The position numbers and the translations under genes were made by a program. A DNA stretch of 64,000 nt from Candidatus Latescibacterota bacterium (GTDB lineage Bacteria > Latescibacterota > UBA2968 > UBA8231). A model generated the notes under the pieces. The model saw only the letters and a list, made by a program, of their open reading frames with translations. It was not told where the DNA came from and ran no database searches. The stretch lies in the NCBI GenBank assembly GCA_965197905.1, contig CBDAOB010000003.1:96001-160000 (forward strand). The letters run 5' to 3'. This document shows, one piece after another, positions 49,377 to 59,338 of the stretch (the first letter of the stretch is position 1; each line of letters starts with the position of its first letter).

Positions 49377-51436
49377 TGAAGGTGCCCCGCTCCTACCTCA
49401 AGGTTTTCCTCTGGGTCGTCGTATTGGCCGCCGGAACCGTGCGCCTGCTCGGGATCACGCGCGGAACCAGCGACTGGGAAGATCCGCCCCGATTCCACCA
49501 CTTCCATCCGGACGAAGACAGACTCGTCCGCGCTGCTCTAGACCTCGACAATCCGTTCGCCCCACCACTGTCGTCCTACGGCCCCGTTTCGCACTACGCT
49601 CTGCGCGGCGTGGTAGAACTCGTCTCGTTGTTCTGGCACGATCCCGCCCCGGGATTCTCCTCAACCGCGGGCACGTGGAGACTCTTCGTGATCGCGCGAC
49701 TGCTGGCTATCGTTGTCTCGATGCTCGGGTTATGGTTTCTCTACCGGCTCGCCAGCCAACACTGTGGAGAGGTCGGCGCAGTCGTCGCGGTCTGTTTTCT
49801 GTCCTTCGCGCCGTTGGCCATTCAGCAGGCTCATTTCTACGCCATCGACGGAATCTTTGCGACGGCCAGCCTGGGCGCGCTGTGGGCTGTTTCCGTGGCG
49901 CTAAGGTCCGAAGATTGGCGACCGTATGCCCTCGCCGGCGCAATGATTGGGATCGCCGGTGGCGTCCGCCTGGTCGGAATAGGACTGGGTGCCGCCCTCG
50001 TAGTCACCTGGTTGGGGATCGGGATCCACCGTTCAAGATCGGATGAGGCCGGAAAAGGACGGGTCCACATTCCGCTTGGACACATGTTGCTGGCCGTCGG
50101 GGCGGCCGCGGCAACCCTATTGTTGTTGGCCCCGTACCTGTTGACATCGGCCTTGTCCATGGTGGGTGCCGGGTTGGACCTCGACACCCAGCTCGACCTC
50201 GCCGGGCAAACCCCCTCGACCTTGTCCCAGTTGCGGGCTAATGCTGTCGGCGTCGCCCGGGGTACCATCCTGCGCCCCTGGTCGCTCATAGACATACACA
50301 CCGTACCCTACCTCCATCAACTGACCGACTTGTGGCCGCAGGCGGTTGGTTGGCCGTTAGCAATTACGTTTTACACCGCCGTTCTCTGGTCGGCCTACAA
50401 CCTCAATCGAAGGCGGGCTGTTCTCCTGATCTGGAGCGGTCTCTACTTCGCGGTAATCGGCGCCTTGCATACCAAGCATGTGCGTTATCTGTTGCCGCTT
50501 CTCCCGATTCTAAGTCTCTTCGCCGCCGATCTTTGCGTATGGATCAAGTCCAAACACCGTTTGACAGGCGTATTTCTGGTGGGGTCACTGGTAGGAGTCA
50601 CGGCCGCATTCGGCCTTGGATTTGCCCGCATTTACGCCGTCGAAGACAGCCGCTTACAGGCCAGTCGCTGGATGGCGGAGAATGTTTCGCCGGGCAGCAA
50701 GATAGGCGTGGAGGGAGGTGCCTTTTCTCTGAGCTCGGTGATAAGCGATCAAGATTTTCCCAAGATACATCTGGAGATCAGCGAGCTGTTTCGAACGCGT
50801 GGCTACACCATGTGCGCCCCGGTGTTGTCTCTCCTGCAGGCGAAGGTGGCTGGTCTCGACTACATCGCCGTCACGGACGTCAATCGCTACCGCCAGTTCC
50901 GCGCAGTGCCCGAGATGTTTCCCGTGGTCGCGGAATTCTACGGCGGGCTGCTGCAGGGGCGATTAGGTTTTCGGGTTGCTCGAACGATCCGGGTGTATCC
51001 GTCTCTTGCCGGTATTCTACTGCGGGACGATGACGCTGAGCCGGCATTCGTCGGTTTCGACCATCCAACCACCTGGATACTCCGGCGGGAAGGAACCGCA
51101 GCTGGCAGCTGGGAAGAATGGAGGAAGGACCTGGACGACAATAAACACTGCGCGGACAGTCTGCTCCGCCGCGCCGCGTCCGCTTTCAAACAGCGGCGAT
51201 GGCAGGTCTCTTTGAAAGCCAGCGAACAGGTGCTGAGTCGATTTCCAAAAATGAAGGTCGCCCGTTTGATCCAGGCGGCGGCACATCGACAGCTGGGGCA
51301 AGCAAACCAGGCACGGACCGCGCTGGCGATCTACCGCAGTCCATATCGCCTCGACGCCGGGGCACAGGGGCCGTGGGCAACGGGTGCCAGTCTGGTCGAA
51401 CTGAATCTAACGGAGCTCGTCACCTTGATGCGATGA
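49376..51436 (+). CDS. GT-C/PMT (ArnT/GT39-like) membrane glycosyltransferase
   Basis: HFHPDE after TM1, ARLL, QAHFYAID, RYLLPLLP; multiple TM segments. Confidence 0.8.
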   Translation: MKVPRSYLKVFLWVVVLAAGTVRLLGITRGTSDWEDPPRFHHFHPDEDRLVRAALDLDNPFAPPLSSYGPVSHYALRGVVELVSLFWHDPAPGFSSTAGTWRLFVIARLLAIVVSMLGLWFLYRLASQHCGEVGAVVAVCFLSFAPLAIQQAHFYAIDGIFATASLGALWAVSVALRSEDWRPYALAGAMIGIAGGVRLVGIGLGAALVVTWLGIGIHRSRSDEAGKGRVHIPLGHMLLAVGAAAATLLLLAPYLLTSALSMVGAGLDLDTQLDLAGQTPSTLSQLRANAVGVARGTILRPWSLIDIHTVPYLHQLTDLWPQAVGWPLAITFYTAVLWSAYNLNRRRAVLLIWSGLYFAVIGALHTKHVRYLLPLLPILSLFAADLCVWIKSKHRLTGVFLVGSLVGVTAAFGLGFARIYAVEDSRLQASRWMAENVSPGSKIGVEGGAFSLSSVISDQDFPKIHLEISELFRTRGYTMCAPVLSLLQAKVAGLDYIAVTDVNRYRQFRAVPEMFPVVAEFYGGLLQGRLGFRVARTIRVYPSLAGILLRDDDAEPAFVGFDHPTTWILRREGTAAGSWEEWRKDLDDNKHCADSLLRRAASAFKQRRWQVSLKASEQVLSRFPKMKVARLIQAAAHRQLGQANQARTALAIYRSPYRLDAGAQGPWATGASLVELNLTELVTLMR

Positions 51437-51594
51437 GTAATTGCCGGGCTCGCTAGTCCGATATTATGGTTGTCTCAACATCCCTCATGAGTAACGCTCT
51501 GTTCATCCACTCAGGTGTGATCACCAAAGCGATCGCCCCTTAACGAGTAGTAACCACAGACACCAAGACGAATGTATACGCAATTTTCACCCGT

Positions 51595-54162
51595 ATGCAG
51601 GACTCGTCCTCACTAGTCATGACAACCTCGATATTTTCATGGCGCGAGGCGCGTATCGTCTGGATCGCATATCTCTGTCTCGTTGTGGCGTCTTCATTCG
51701 TTTACTTCCACAGCCTAAAGGATCATCCACTCCATTCGCATGATTACGAATCATTTCGTGACAACATTGCCATCAGTGAAGACTTCACCTACTTGTTCGC
51801 ACCCCCGACTGAAAGGCAGCTAGGATCGGGTAGACCTGTTGCAGAGTTCGTCAAATGGGTCGGATTCGTGATTTGGGGAAACGACGTCGGCTGGTTTCAC
51901 GTACTCGTGGTGGCGATCCACACTATCGTTGCCTTGCTCCTTGCGCTCTCGGCACGCCTATTGGGATTGGATCGGGAATCCAGTTTCTTGGGTGGAATCC
52001 TTTTCTTAGTAAACAGTGCCCATTTTCAAGCAGTCCATTGGATTTCCGCAATGGACTATCCGCTGGCGCTGTCTTTTGGTCTTTGCGCAGTCGTCAGTTT
52101 CCTATACTTCCTATCGCATCACAAATTCGCCGGATTACTGGTCTTTTATCTGACCACGATCCTCGGTGTCCTGACTCATCTCGCGACCGCCATAATATGG
52201 CCATTCTGCCTCTACCTGTGCTGGTATAAGGGTTACAATCTTAAAGCATCGCTGAAGAGTCTTCTGCCATTGGCTTTGTTGATGTTTGCAGAATTGGTAT
52301 TGATTCTCAGTTTGACGCGGCAGGAGACCAGTACCTGGGGATCGGTTTATGCTTATACGGAGCTGGATATCTCGTCCCTATTAACCGGTAATTTCCGTAT
52401 GCTGCTATGGCTCGCGAGCAGATTGCTGACGACCGCCCATTGGCATTTGGTAACAGGGTACGCGGTGCAGACGTGGGAACTGTACCTCGGTGCCGTGATC
52501 TTATCTGGTTTAGTTTTTCTGATTTGGAAGAGGCTGTTCCCCGGTGCTCTGTGGTCCGTTTGGATTATCCTGGCTCTGCTGCCTTTTGTCGCACTGACGG
52601 AGGAGTTTATTCGGATGCCGGCTACCGGCACTTCACGCTATTTATACATGGCAAATATCGGTTTCTCAATGCTACTGGCTTGGGGAATAAAATCCGCAAG
52701 TGTGTATGTTGCCAAAAAAGGCGCAATCTGGGGGAAAACGGCGTTCGGCATTCTCTTCATTAGCGTTATGGCATCTAGCTACGTGACATTGAAGCGCTCC
52801 GAAGCTCTCACCTTCTATGTATCGGGAAGATCCCATATCGCAAGGGGCGATGTCACCACTGGAATTTCCTTACTCAATCGGGCAGTCGCCCGAAGTCGCA
52901 ATGTGATCGACCTTGAAAACACGTTCGAACGCCTCTGTCTTATGGTTGCAAGTCGCGGGGAGGACATTCAAACGCTTCTCGTTGAAGCTAGAAAATCCTA
53001 TCCGGAAAACACGACATTTCCTGTGTACGAGCTTGCCTCGCGTTCTCTAAGTTCGGACGCTAAAATTCGGATCCAAGGTCGAGGAGATCTACTCACCCTG
53101 GTGGCTGATGGCAGGCCCCTAGTCCGCGAACAGATCGCGCAAGTCTACGATAGTTTCGGACGCGGATTTCGCCTCAAAGGGGTTCCGCAATCTGCAATTC
53201 TCATGTATCGTCAGGCCCTAGAATTCGATCCACTGAGAAGCAAAACTATGAAGAGCCTAGCGGTTGTATTGCTGGAAACGGGCCAACACGAAGAGGCTAT
53301 GGAGTGGGTGCAAGCGATTGCCAGGCTCAATCCAGATGATCCATTTGGTCTCTATGCGAAGGCTCTTGCGCTGCGGCTCGAAGGGAAAGTAGATGAGGCC
53401 ATTATCGCCTGTAACGAAGCCCTGACTAGTGTCCAAACGGCCGAACTCTTCTTTCTATTGGGGGACTGCTACGAGCACGAGCAAATGCCTGACCGTGCCC
53501 TTGAAGCCTACAGACAGAGTGCATCGCTAAATCCCAATAATTCGGGAATTTTTCACCATTTGGGCAGAGTGGTCCTAGCCCAAGGTGACACCGTGAGCGC
53601 GATTGAGGCCTTCGAGAGAGCAGCGCAGTTGGAATCGAAGGACGTAAATACCTACCTCATCTTGGGAAGACTGTACAAGGAAAATGGGCAGCTAGAAAGG
53701 GCCCAAGAAATCTATTCGACCGCACTCGACGGCAATTTCCAAGGAGTAGGAAGCCCGGTCTATTTGCGGTTGGGTATGGATTTTGAAGCATGGGGCAGAT
53801 TCGAAGATGCTGTGCGGGCATACGAGAAGGCAATTGATTCCAACCAATCGAATGTAGTGGCACACACAAACCTTGGATGGATCTATCTCCTTCAAGAGAG
53901 GTTCGATGACGCGATAGATGAGTTTCGCGTCGCACTCGAATTAGAATCCAATAGTTACGCCTTTTTGAACCTCGGGCTGGCATACTTGGCGCAAGGAAAA
54001 ACCAAACAGGCGGAACTCATTTACAAAGACGCCGTTTCGCAGTTTGGCGCAGAGGAAGCGGTACGAATCGGTGCTGTGGACGATCTTAGAAACCTGATCG
54101 GTAGAGGCATCCGCGTTGCTGCCGCAGAAGCGATTCTAAATTCTCATTGGCCAGAACCCTAG
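51595..54162 (+). CDS. TMTC-like GT-C membrane protein with C-terminal TPRs
   Basis: HDYE, GRP, HFQAVHWISA, SRYLY; multiple TPRs. Confidence 0.8.
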   Translation: MQDSSSLVMTTSIFSWREARIVWIAYLCLVVASSFVYFHSLKDHPLHSHDYESFRDNIAISEDFTYLFAPPTERQLGSGRPVAEFVKWVGFVIWGNDVGWFHVLVVAIHTIVALLLALSARLLGLDRESSFLGGILFLVNSAHFQAVHWISAMDYPLALSFGLCAVVSFLYFLSHHKFAGLLVFYLTTILGVLTHLATAIIWPFCLYLCWYKGYNLKASLKSLLPLALLMFAELVLILSLTRQETSTWGSVYAYTELDISSLLTGNFRMLLWLASRLLTTAHWHLVTGYAVQTWELYLGAVILSGLVFLIWKRLFPGALWSVWIILALLPFVALTEEFIRMPATGTSRYLYMANIGFSMLLAWGIKSASVYVAKKGAIWGKTAFGILFISVMASSYVTLKRSEALTFYVSGRSHIARGDVTTGISLLNRAVARSRNVIDLENTFERLCLMVASRGEDIQTLLVEARKSYPENTTFPVYELASRSLSSDAKIRIQGRGDLLTLVADGRPLVREQIAQVYDSFGRGFRLKGVPQSAILMYRQALEFDPLRSKTMKSLAVVLLETGQHEEAMEWVQAIARLNPDDPFGLYAKALALRLEGKVDEAIIACNEALTSVQTAELFFLLGDCYEHEQMPDRALEAYRQSASLNPNNSGIFHHLGRVVLAQGDTVSAIEAFERAAQLESKDVNTYLILGRLYKENGQLERAQEIYSTALDGNFQGVGSPVYLRLGMDFEAWGRFEDAVRAYEKAIDSNQSNVVAHTNLGWIYLLQERFDDAIDEFRVALELESNSYAFLNLGLAYLAQGKTKQAELIYKDAVSQFGAEEAVRIGAVDDLRNLIGRGIRVAAAEAILNSHWPEP

Positions 54163-54201
54163 TAGGGCCACTATTTCACGTAAACCTCCTTTCTTCTCCC
54201 C

Positions 54202-56751
54202 GTGAAACCGGCTATTAGCTCCGTGTCAAAACAGCTGTCTGAGAACCCGCGGACACAGTGGATTCTTTACGTGTTGATTGTGGTAGCTCTGACAGTTCTT
54301 TTTTTCGCCGACCTGAGAACTCATCTACTCGACACCCACGACATCGAAACCTTCCGCGACAACCTCGCCATATCTGAGGACTTCGCCTATTTGTTTTCGC
54401 CTTACAAAGAGCATGCTTCAGGGCGTCTGGCGTACGAGTTGACAATGTGGATTTTCTTCCTCGCATGGGAAAACGATCCCAGCTTGTTCCACGTCCTGGT
54501 CGTCGTCGTCCATGCTCTCGCCTCATTGTCACTTGCTGTTGTCGTTAGACGAACCGGCATAGACGTAACAACGAGTCAGTTGGCCGGCGTGCTGTTCTTG
54601 GTGAATGTCGCTCACTTCCGGGTCGTTCACTGGATCTCGGGGCTGAACTACGTCTTAGGACTGCTCTGGTGCTTGGCTACTTTCTTGAGCTACACGGCCC
54701 GTCGCCGGAGAGCATCCTTCCTATCCTTCTACTTCTTCCTGTCTGTGGGTTTTCTTTCTCATCCCGCCGCCGCGGCGGTAGTACCCCTTTGTCTCTTCTG
54801 GTCATTGAGGCAAGGAGACAAAGTGAGACGCGCGTTGACAAGGTTGGTCCCGGGCGTTGTGTTGCTTTCCCTGTTGGGCGTCCTCAGTTTGAGCCGGACC
54901 TACGATGAAAGCAGTGCTTGGGGGGCAATCGGGCTCTATGGCGTGGCAGACTCCGCATCCTTGATCGCAGGAATCGCGCGCATGCTGCTTTGGTTGAACG
55001 CACGACTTGTGACCACCGCTCACTGGCTGCTCACTCCCACTGCCGTTATGCAGATTTGGGAGGTCGCTTTTGGGGCACTTGTCCTTGCGGGATTTCTCAT
55101 ACTGGCGAAGAGTCGTTCATCGCCCGTTTCCGTTTGGGCTGCGTGGACGCAGATATTTCTCATACCGTTCGTACTCGTCAACGAAGAAATCATTCTTAAC
55201 CTGCCCTCGGGGCCGTCACGCTACCTGTATTTCAGCAGCGCCGGATCGGCCGTTGTGTTTGCGTGGATTCTTTCCAAAGGCGTTCGCGTGCTGTCGGAAA
55301 GGGGACCGCATCTGGTGTGGCCTGCAGCTATTTGCACTCTCGGCCTAGTCATGTTTTCGAGTTACATCTTCATGATGCGAGCAGAAGCGATCTCGCTGTA
55401 CAGTTCCGCCAGGAGCTATGCGGCCAGGGGTGACGCCGCGACCAGCATTATCCTCTTTAATCGGGCAGTCAAACAAGGGGCTGGGGCCGTTGATCGGGAG
55501 TGTGCATATGAACGCATCCTGCACCTGGAACTCTCCCAGGGGTCGGAAGTAGACTCGCTCCTCAACCACGCTTTACGAGCGTATCCAAATAATTTGACAT
55601 TTGGCGTTTTTAGAGCGGTTCTCAACACTATGACTGCCGACTCGACGCTTCGCCGGCAAGCACAAGCCGAGATTGATTCGCTAACGGCAAACCCACCTGA
55701 TGGCGTTCGAGTGCCAACGGTAGTTGCTCAGGTGTACTACAATCTGGGCAGGGGTTTCAGCACTCGAGGAAGGCCGATAGAGGCCGTCGCGGCGCACGAA
55801 AAGTCACTGAGTTACAATCGCGACAAATTGAAGACAGTAAAGAGTCTGGTTCTGGCTATCTCGATGGCTGGCGATCAAGACAGAGCGTCCGCTATGGCGC
55901 TTCGAGCAGCTGAACTGAAGCCGAACGATCCAGACGCCTACTATCTGACTGCCTACGGCTTGCGCGGCATGGGGAAGTTGGATGAGGCCATCGCGGTATG
56001 TGAGGATGGCATTCGGAAACGACCCTCCTTCGAGCTGTATTATCTTTTGGGAATCTGCTACGAGGACAAGAGTCATACCGAGCGAGCGCTCAGCGCGTAT
56101 GAACGATGTATAGCTCTGAGACCGTCCAATCCGGTGGTTCTCGAACGGATCGGCTTCGTCGAGTACCGGAGAGGTGATATAGGGAAAGCAACGGCTGCCC
56201 TTGTCCGAGCCATTGAAGCCGGTGCGCGAGATGTACGGACCCACCTCGCGCTGAGCAAGCTTTACATCGACCTGGACGAGCAACCGAAAGGGCTGGAAAT
56301 TTACCGGCGCATTGTCAGCGAAGAGTACGTCGGCGCCAACAGCAACACATATACGGAAATAGGAATACAGCTTTTCGAATGGGGCAGGCTCGACGAGGCC
56401 ATGCTAGCATACAAAAGGGCAATCGCAGAAGACGATACCAATATTGAGGCTCGGACAAACATCGGATGGATACACTACGTCCAGAACAGATTTGACGACG
56501 CGATTCAGGTGTATCAGAGGGTACTGGATCGCGAACCTCAGTCCGTTGCAGGCTACAACCTGGGGCTAGCCTACCTGGCTCGAGAAGACTTTGAAGAAGC
56601 GAAAGAGGCGTATGCTAAGGCGGTGAGCTTGTACGGGGCCGATGAAGCCAGACGAATCGGAGCCGTGGATGATCTAAGGATCCTCATCGACAGCAACGTA
56701 GGCGTGCCAGCTGGGAACGACATCATGGACGCCTATTGGCCGGAGAATTAG
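54202..56751 (+). CDS. TMTC-like GT-C membrane protein with C-terminal TPRs (tandem paralog)
   Basis: THDIETFRDNLAISEDF, HFRVVHWISG, RLVTTAHW, SRYLY; collinear with 51595-54162. Confidence 0.8.
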   Translation: MKPAISSVSKQLSENPRTQWILYVLIVVALTVLFFADLRTHLLDTHDIETFRDNLAISEDFAYLFSPYKEHASGRLAYELTMWIFFLAWENDPSLFHVLVVVVHALASLSLAVVVRRTGIDVTTSQLAGVLFLVNVAHFRVVHWISGLNYVLGLLWCLATFLSYTARRRRASFLSFYFFLSVGFLSHPAAAAVVPLCLFWSLRQGDKVRRALTRLVPGVVLLSLLGVLSLSRTYDESSAWGAIGLYGVADSASLIAGIARMLLWLNARLVTTAHWLLTPTAVMQIWEVAFGALVLAGFLILAKSRSSPVSVWAAWTQIFLIPFVLVNEEIILNLPSGPSRYLYFSSAGSAVVFAWILSKGVRVLSERGPHLVWPAAICTLGLVMFSSYIFMMRAEAISLYSSARSYAARGDAATSIILFNRAVKQGAGAVDRECAYERILHLELSQGSEVDSLLNHALRAYPNNLTFGVFRAVLNTMTADSTLRRQAQAEIDSLTANPPDGVRVPTVVAQVYYNLGRGFSTRGRPIEAVAAHEKSLSYNRDKLKTVKSLVLAISMAGDQDRASAMALRAAELKPNDPDAYYLTAYGLRGMGKLDEAIAVCEDGIRKRPSFELYYLLGICYEDKSHTERALSAYERCIALRPSNPVVLERIGFVEYRRGDIGKATAALVRAIEAGARDVRTHLALSKLYIDLDEQPKGLEIYRRIVSEEYVGANSNTYTEIGIQLFEWGRLDEAMLAYKRAIAEDDTNIEARTNIGWIHYVQNRFDDAIQVYQRVLDREPQSVAGYNLGLAYLAREDFEEAKEAYAKAVSLYGADEARRIGAVDDLRILIDSNVGVPAGNDIMDAYWPEN

Positions 56752-56782
56752 CTCCACAGCAGACGTTGAGTCGCATGATGGC

Positions 56783-57592
56783 CTAGTTGCCGACCTGGCT
56801 GAAGCGGAAGACGTGCTGACCTTTCGCGGGCAATTGACTCCACACATTGCGGCGCATTACCAGCATCCGGGTCCGGTTCCTGCCAAGCAGAGAATGCCTG
56901 TACGAGACGGTTAACATGGTGCGCACCTTCTTGGTTTTGTTGGGCATGCCGCAATGCCACATGCGCGGGTCGCGCAGCACGATGGCACCGAGCGGCGCCA
57001 GCATGCGCACGCACGGTCGGTGCGGCGCCCAAAGATCAAAACTCTTGGTCTCGTCAGGATAGGAGCCCGGGTAAAGGTGTGTACCCGGCCAAACTTTTGT
57101 AGCACCCGTCGCCACCGTGAAAGACACCAGGGGAATGCTGGTAACAGCCGCCGATGCCGGGAGTGCGATCGGCAGGTTCTCGAAAAGCGGATCGGAGTCG
57201 CGGTGCACGTGCTGGGCGCGAGATCCGGGCCAGGAATTGTTGGTATTGTAGAAATCGCAGAAAAAGTCACTGCCCAGCACCTCTTCTACGACCTGAAGCG
57301 CGATCGGATTCGCTACGATGAGCGCGTCCATGAACGGCATCTCCTGCGGGGGCGCGACGCCAAAGATTCCGTGGCCTTTGCCGTGGGAATGTTCCGCAAG
57401 CGGGGATCTTGGATATTGCCGAAAGAAATGCTGGTGTACCGATACCATCGCGTTGCGGACTTCCTTGAGCAGATCCTTTGGAATGAGATCTTCCAGCACC
57501 ACGAACCCTTCCGTGCGAAAGGTTTCGGCCGCCGCGGCCAGGTTCTTTTTGGCCAGCTTCCCGCGCTTCAATTCCTGCTTGGTTGGCTTCAC
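56783..57592 (-). CDS. PhyH family dioxygenase
   Basis: GTG 57592 after GGAGG; EGFVVL, QHVHRD, WPGTH, MWHCG. Confidence 0.88.
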   Translation of the reverse strand: MKPTKQELKRGKLAKKNLAAAAETFRTEGFVVLEDLIPKDLLKEVRNAMVSVHQHFFRQYPRSPLAEHSHGKGHGIFGVAPPQEMPFMDALIVANPIALQVVEEVLGSDFFCDFYNTNNSWPGSRAQHVHRDSDPLFENLPIALPASAAVTSIPLVSFTVATGATKVWPGTHLYPGSYPDETKSFDLWAPHRPCVRMLAPLGAIVLRDPRMWHCGMPNKTKKVRTMLTVSYRHSLLGRNRTRMLVMRRNVWSQLPAKGQHVFRFSQVGN

Positions 57593-57605
57593 GCGGGTAC
57601 CTCCA

Positions 57606-57680
57606 TCAGTCCACGCTCCGATTGCCCTCGACCACGACCTCGCCGCCAGACTTGCGAAGTCGTTGTTTTCGCCAGTACAT
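57606..57680 (-). other. 24-codon ORF with strong RBS (MYWRKQRLRKSGGEVVVEGNRSVD), small protein or gene stub
   Basis: GGGAGG 4 nt before ATG; stop abuts the RBS of the next gene. Confidence 0.35.
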
Positions 57681-57792
57681 GCTACCTCCCATGCACTTGT
57701 TCGGTCACGATACAAAGGTACCATAATCGTGCATGGTAAAGGATATTTCTTGGATTCCTCGTGAAACCCACCGAAGGCGGCTTCCCACGGCC

Positions 57793-59052
57793 TTATTGGA
57801 ACCTTGCGGGGCTGTAGGGAACGGGATCCAGGCTCGATGCCCGATCGCAGGCGAGATCCGCCACCAGCTTTCCGGTGCCGGGTCCGAGGGTCATCCCCAG
57901 CATTGCATGGCCGGTGGCCAGGATGAGGTTGGAAACCGGTGCCGGCATGCCGATGACAGGCAGGCCGTCGGGGGTGCAGGGTCGCATGCCGCTCCAGGGG
58001 TTCTGCAGCGCGCTATCTTCATCAATGCCGTCGAGATAATCGGCTACGGATCGGACCACCGCCTTCACCCGGCGCATGTTGATGCTTTGGTCGATGCCGG
58101 TCATCTCCAGCGTTCCCGCCACCCTGATCATCGTGCCCATCGGGTTCACGCCGGCCCGGGCTTCGGCCATGATGAATGGGCAGGTGAGTTTCACGCCGGG
58201 GTTCTCGAACGTGACACTGTACCCCTTGGCAGGCTGGACCGGCAACGAGAATGGCATATCGCCAGTCAACGATGAAGACCAGGATCCTGCAGCCAGCACC
58301 ACCTGCTCGGGGTGGTAATCACCGTGGGGGGTACGGATCCGCTCGATGCGGTTGCGGCGGTATTCGACGCTCTGCACTTCTGTCTGCTCCTCGATCGTGG
58401 CGCCCCTCTCCTTCACCCTCGCAGCGAGAGCATGAACGAACTTCGATGGATTCAAAAACGCGTCACGCTCGAAGAAAAGACCGCCGGCGAGGTCCGCCCG
58501 GATGGCGGGCTCCATCTCGTGGACTTGCGGTCCCGTCATCGAACGGTGAGCAATACCGTGCTCGTGCAGCAATCGGGCTTCCTCGAGCCCGCTTTCCAAT
58601 CCTTCGGGTGTCCGATAGAGCAGAAATGAACCGCAGCGATCATAGCCGCAGTCCAGTTGCTCCGAGGAAATCAACCGATCGTAGAGCTCGATGCTCTCCT
58701 GACTGAGCTTCACCAGTGCTCGGATCGAGCGGATCATCTGTTCGTGGTTACAGGCCGCCCGGAACTTCCAGAGCCAGCGGAAGAGCGCGGGATCGAAACG
58801 CAGGCGGATGAAGAATGGACTTTCGGGATTCAGCATCCACTTCAGTCCCTGCCGGATCACACCGGGCACGGCCAGGGGGGAGCTATGGCTGGGGACGACC
58901 AGGCCGGAGTTGCCGTGCGAGCAGCCGCTGCAGACGGCATCGCGCTCCAGAAGCGTGACCTGGCGGCCCGCTTCCAGCAGGTAATGCGCCACACAGACGC
59001 CGATTACACCGCCACCGATGACCAATACGTCGACCTCTTTCAAGTGCGCCAT
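57793..59052 (-). CDS. D-amino acid dehydrogenase (DadA-like) FAD oxidoreductase
   Basis: VIGGGVIG, SHGNSG, PAKGYS, GMRPCTPDGLP, GHAMLG. Confidence 0.88.
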   Translation of the reverse strand: MAHLKEVDVLVIGGGVIGVCVAHYLLEAGRQVTLLERDAVCSGCSHGNSGLVVPSHSSPLAVPGVIRQGLKWMLNPESPFFIRLRFDPALFRWLWKFRAACNHEQMIRSIRALVKLSQESIELYDRLISSEQLDCGYDRCGSFLLYRTPEGLESGLEEARLLHEHGIAHRSMTGPQVHEMEPAIRADLAGGLFFERDAFLNPSKFVHALAARVKERGATIEEQTEVQSVEYRRNRIERIRTPHGDYHPEQVVLAAGSWSSSLTGDMPFSLPVQPAKGYSVTFENPGVKLTCPFIMAEARAGVNPMGTMIRVAGTLEMTGIDQSINMRRVKAVVRSVADYLDGIDEDSALQNPWSGMRPCTPDGLPVIGMPAPVSNLILATGHAMLGMTLGPGTGKLVADLACDRASSLDPVPYSPARFQ

Positions 59053-59170
59053 CTTCTTTATGGTCAGTCGTAGTTGCTCGTGCGAATGGTTGCCCACTAA
59101 CTGAGCTGACGAAATGCGTCAAGCAATCGAATCCACGTTTACGCTACCTCGATTCCGGTTCGCGCTGTAT

Positions 59171-59338
59171 CTAGTGTCCTGTCGCATAAATACATTGCGT
59201 TTTCGGGCGCCGATCCATCCCGACTCGTGGCGTTGCCTTCGCTCGCCGTACTCGACCAGTACGGCTCGCTCAGCCGCCTTGCGGGCCGGGCGCCTCGGCG
59301 CCCGAATTCCATAAGCTATTTCCGCGACAGGCCACTAG
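59171..59338. mobile_element. MITE-like palindromic repeat, divergent copy overlapping the 3' end of the hydrolase gene
   Basis: CTAG-TGTCCTGTCGC...GCGACAGGCCA-CTAG; internal TTCGGGCGCCGA/TCGGCGCCCGAA and GCCGTACT/AGTACGGC. Confidence 0.8.

Noticed and set aside
4367..59338. CRISPR array or integron attC interpretation of the dispersed repeats
   Set aside because: Copies are isolated, with no repeat-spacer periodicity, no RYYYAAC/GTTRRRY ends and no cas or integrase gene.
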